Source: Orbicella franksi (Eukaryota). From it: 64,000 bases of DNA. Shown here one piece after another: positions 61,418 to 64,000 of the stretch. Positions within the stretch are counted from its first letter, which is position 1; every line of letters begins with the position of its first letter. The stretch spans positions 1,860,001-1,924,000 of the forward strand of contig OZ116701.1 in the NCBI GenBank assembly GCA_964199315.1, in the 5' to 3' direction. The position numbers were made by a program, and so were the translations under genes. The notes beneath the pieces are model-generated. The model made no database searches. It was not told the DNA's origin and worked only from the letters and a program-made list of their open reading frames with translations.

Positions 61418-63374
61418 GTACGTATACGCTTTATGACGTTGTAATTTCACACTACTCATGCTCGGTTTATGCGTTTGCTTTCCAAACGATTTATATCAAG
61501 AGATGGAAACAAGAATAATTATGAATAAAACGTCATATAAATATTAAGTGTTGCTAAAGATGATCAATGCAAAGATTGTAATTAGACCAAAAAGCAATTA
61601 AAATTCTGCACTCTGAAATACGATTCTGTAGTCTAATTTTTGCGGGCAACTAGCATTTATAATTAGCAAGTTGAATAAAAGAAAAAAGCTTTTGGTTATC
61701 AAAATATCATGGGATGACGTTTCCCTATAAGTACTAACAATGAATTCTCTCTCGTTCTGTTTTTTTTTTTTTGCATAAAATAATTTTCTACCTGCCGTAC
61801 TCGCTTTTTAATCGTTATTCAATTCAGCGTCAAAAAAATTTAGCTTCAAATTTGTGGCCTAACACCTGTAAAATAGCGTTTTGTCTCGGAGTCTGTCCGT
61901 ATCATGCTGTTTTATCAGTCCGGAATATCCCGATAAATTAGGACATCTGTGATGTCACGAAACTCACGTTTCAACCAATGAGAATGCGTGTTTTGATTGG
62001 AGTGTTGTGTTTCACAACAAACCAAGAGATTCAAGATGGCGGACAAAGAGAGTGGCGAATACTTTCCAATGCCATGAATGCGGGCCTTCAGGAGGTATAT
62101 GTTTATCTCGAATTGAGTTAAATACTGTCCAAATTATAAAATAAAAGGACAGTTTGTGTTCGCGTTCCATGTCACAGACAGTTCTGCCCATATAACGATT
62201 ATCCTCGGACCGAAGGAAGCACCACAGAACGCAATGCGGGCCACGTTTGACGAGCTGCTGTTATCATTCTTTGGAAAGAGACCGTACAATCGGTAAGCAT
62301 CTGTACTCTGCATTTCTCTAAGCACAGAAATGATCGATGTGAGAATTGAGGCTTTCCTCTTATCTAGGGATTATCGGGCCGAAATCGACAGCCCGCGCGT
62401 GTTCTTCTATGCCAGCAAAGATAAATTGTAGATGTCCAAAATGTTATACGTTTTGGCTTAATCGAGGAAATGAAATCATCATTAAAACAGAATTTTCAAT
62501 AACGCATACGAGTGGGAAATTCTTGTTCTTTTATACAAAATAAACTAAACTAGAAAAAATGTATCCAAAGTTTTAGTGTTGTCAGATGCAGGGATAGTCA
62601 AAAATTCTGTTAATATGTTCTTTGTAAATCTGGAATTTCTCCATTTTGGTATTTATTTCAAATATTTCCTGTATCTATTTGTTACTGTGCTAAAAGATAT
62701 CATGTCTGATTTCCACATGTAAATTATGAAAACTTACATATAATTGCTGACTTTCACAAGTTATTTACCCAAAAATATCAAAATATGATTCCTGGACAGG
62801 TTGACAAGGGAGCATTCACAATCCATCCACATGTCCCAAGGCTTTATTATATATTTATTTAAAGTATACAAAACAAATTCAGTCTTGAAAGTGAAATCCA
62901 TTTTATTTTATTCACTCTTTAGGTACTCTCGACCTTGAATTTGCCTCTTAGCAGAATGCAGGACCTGAAACAAATCACAGGCGCTTAGGAGATTATTACA
63001 TTGCTTACAGATGCCAATATTATTACAAATGTATTTTCGTTTTAACATATGAATTTATTTTGAATGTAGTCACCACGTTAGTCTCACTAAATAAGAGATT
63101 GCCCTCAAGTGGTCTGATAACTCTTATGTTTTCTATTTTTTATTACGTATTCTTAACCAAACTGATATGTTTCCTGTTCACAACCAATTAATGTTTGCAT
63201 TAGTTTCACAATTAGTAATGTTCAACACTTGACACTACATTATAAACTCTCGTACCTTTTCAGTCTTTGCGTTCATAAAAATTATTTTGCAAAAACATTA
63301 CTTTCTGGCACATTCAAGCTTCATTGGGAGGTGAAAAGAATCATCATGTACTAGGAACGGCTGCAGTGTGTATA

Positions 63375-64000
63375 TGTTGTAATATTAAGCTATCTTACAA
63401 CATGGTGTCAGAAGTGAAAACCTTTTAGAGATTGCAAGGAGTTTATCAGGGCTTGGCTGAGTTACAAACCGCGATGGCTGAGCGAGATACGAGAGCAGTG
63501 CAGACAGCAAAGCGCATTTTGAAGAAGGCTGCAGCTGACCAAAAAGACCCTTTTGAAGGGCTGTTGAAGTACCGCAACACTCCATTTGAAGATATCGGCG
63601 TGTCACCTGCACAGCTGCTGATGAGTCGGCGCACACGCACAATGATACCAACCCATCGACGTCTCTTATTACTGCAGGCAGTGGATCCTGATAGAGTAGT
63701 GAAAGCGCTGCGGCTACGTCAATTTGTCTCTAAGAAGAATTACGACAAACAGAGTAGAGATCTGCCTCCACTTGAAGCTGGGGATAAGGTGCGAATTCGG
63801 CCAAATAGAGATAGAGAATGGCGTGAAGCAGAAGTGTTGCCACGATCATACTTAGTACAGGATGAACGAGGGTGTGTCTATAGAAGAAATCGAAGGCAGA
63901 TAATCTCAGTCCCAAATGATCATCCAATGAGACGACGGCTGCATGATCCTCCTTCAAGTCCCCAGTGTGCTGACTCTCCAATATGTCCATCATCACCTTC
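63375..64000 (+). mobile_element. Internally deleted Ty3/Gypsy LTR element: 28-bp LTR-like end, PBS, integrase C-terminal ORF (runs off window)
   Basis: TGTTGTAA..TTACAACA 63375-63402; PBS TGGTGTCAGAAGTG 63403-63416; ATG 63474 opens a stop-free frame to 64000: RAVQTAKRILKK..LLKYRNTP..GVSPAQLLMSRRTRT..KKNYDKQSRDLPPLEAGDKVRIR..PRSYLV..YRRNRRQI. Confidence 0.88.

Noticed and set aside
62030-62410. Promoter-like ATGGCGG start and exon-like segments, faintly KolX-like
   Set aside because: Early stop, no consistent frame and no element ends found; similarity too weak to call.

Overview
Eukaryotic, intron-rich, AT-rich genomic DNA. An anthozoan, probably a stony coral, is inferred from gene content and repeat types, but this is not proven. 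Six protein-coding genes were rebuilt by hand from splice sites, and the exon sums of the four spliced ones are in frame: KCTD3/SHKBP1 ortholog (+, 18 exons, 3437-14150); TTLL5 tubulin polyglutamylase (-, 32-33 coding exons, 37297 down to 17420 or 17006, one GC-AG intron); an intronless 7TM gustatory-receptor-like gene (+, 37979-39214) head-to-head with TTLL5; a Polycomb-type SAM-domain gene (-, 48874-41395); TMEM26 (+, 5 exons, 51901-56858); and an intronless Shaker (Kv1)-family channel with non-canonical pore and gate residues (+, 60086-61417). Introns and intergenic DNA are dense in SINEs and MITEs. The most notable observations are: (1) a complete minimal type I hammerhead ribozyme at 392-434 with degenerate hammerhead-like motifs and a Penelope GIY-YIG remnant nearby; (2) a 2.3-kb Kolobok-type element with ~200-bp TIRs, carrying THAP and KolX/P2X7-C-terminal-like remnants inside a nested transposon stack, whose left TIR holds an ATG exon in frame with TTLL5 exon 14; (3) a Gypsy derivative at the right edge with a 28-bp LTR-like end, a tRNA-Leu PBS and an open ORF encoding only the integrase C-terminal half; (4) a shortened duplicate of TMEM26 exon 1 that keeps the splice phase; (5) a chimeric insertion with a 15-bp target duplication. 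No searches or folding programs were run. Family assignments come from motif recognition and recalled reference sequences.
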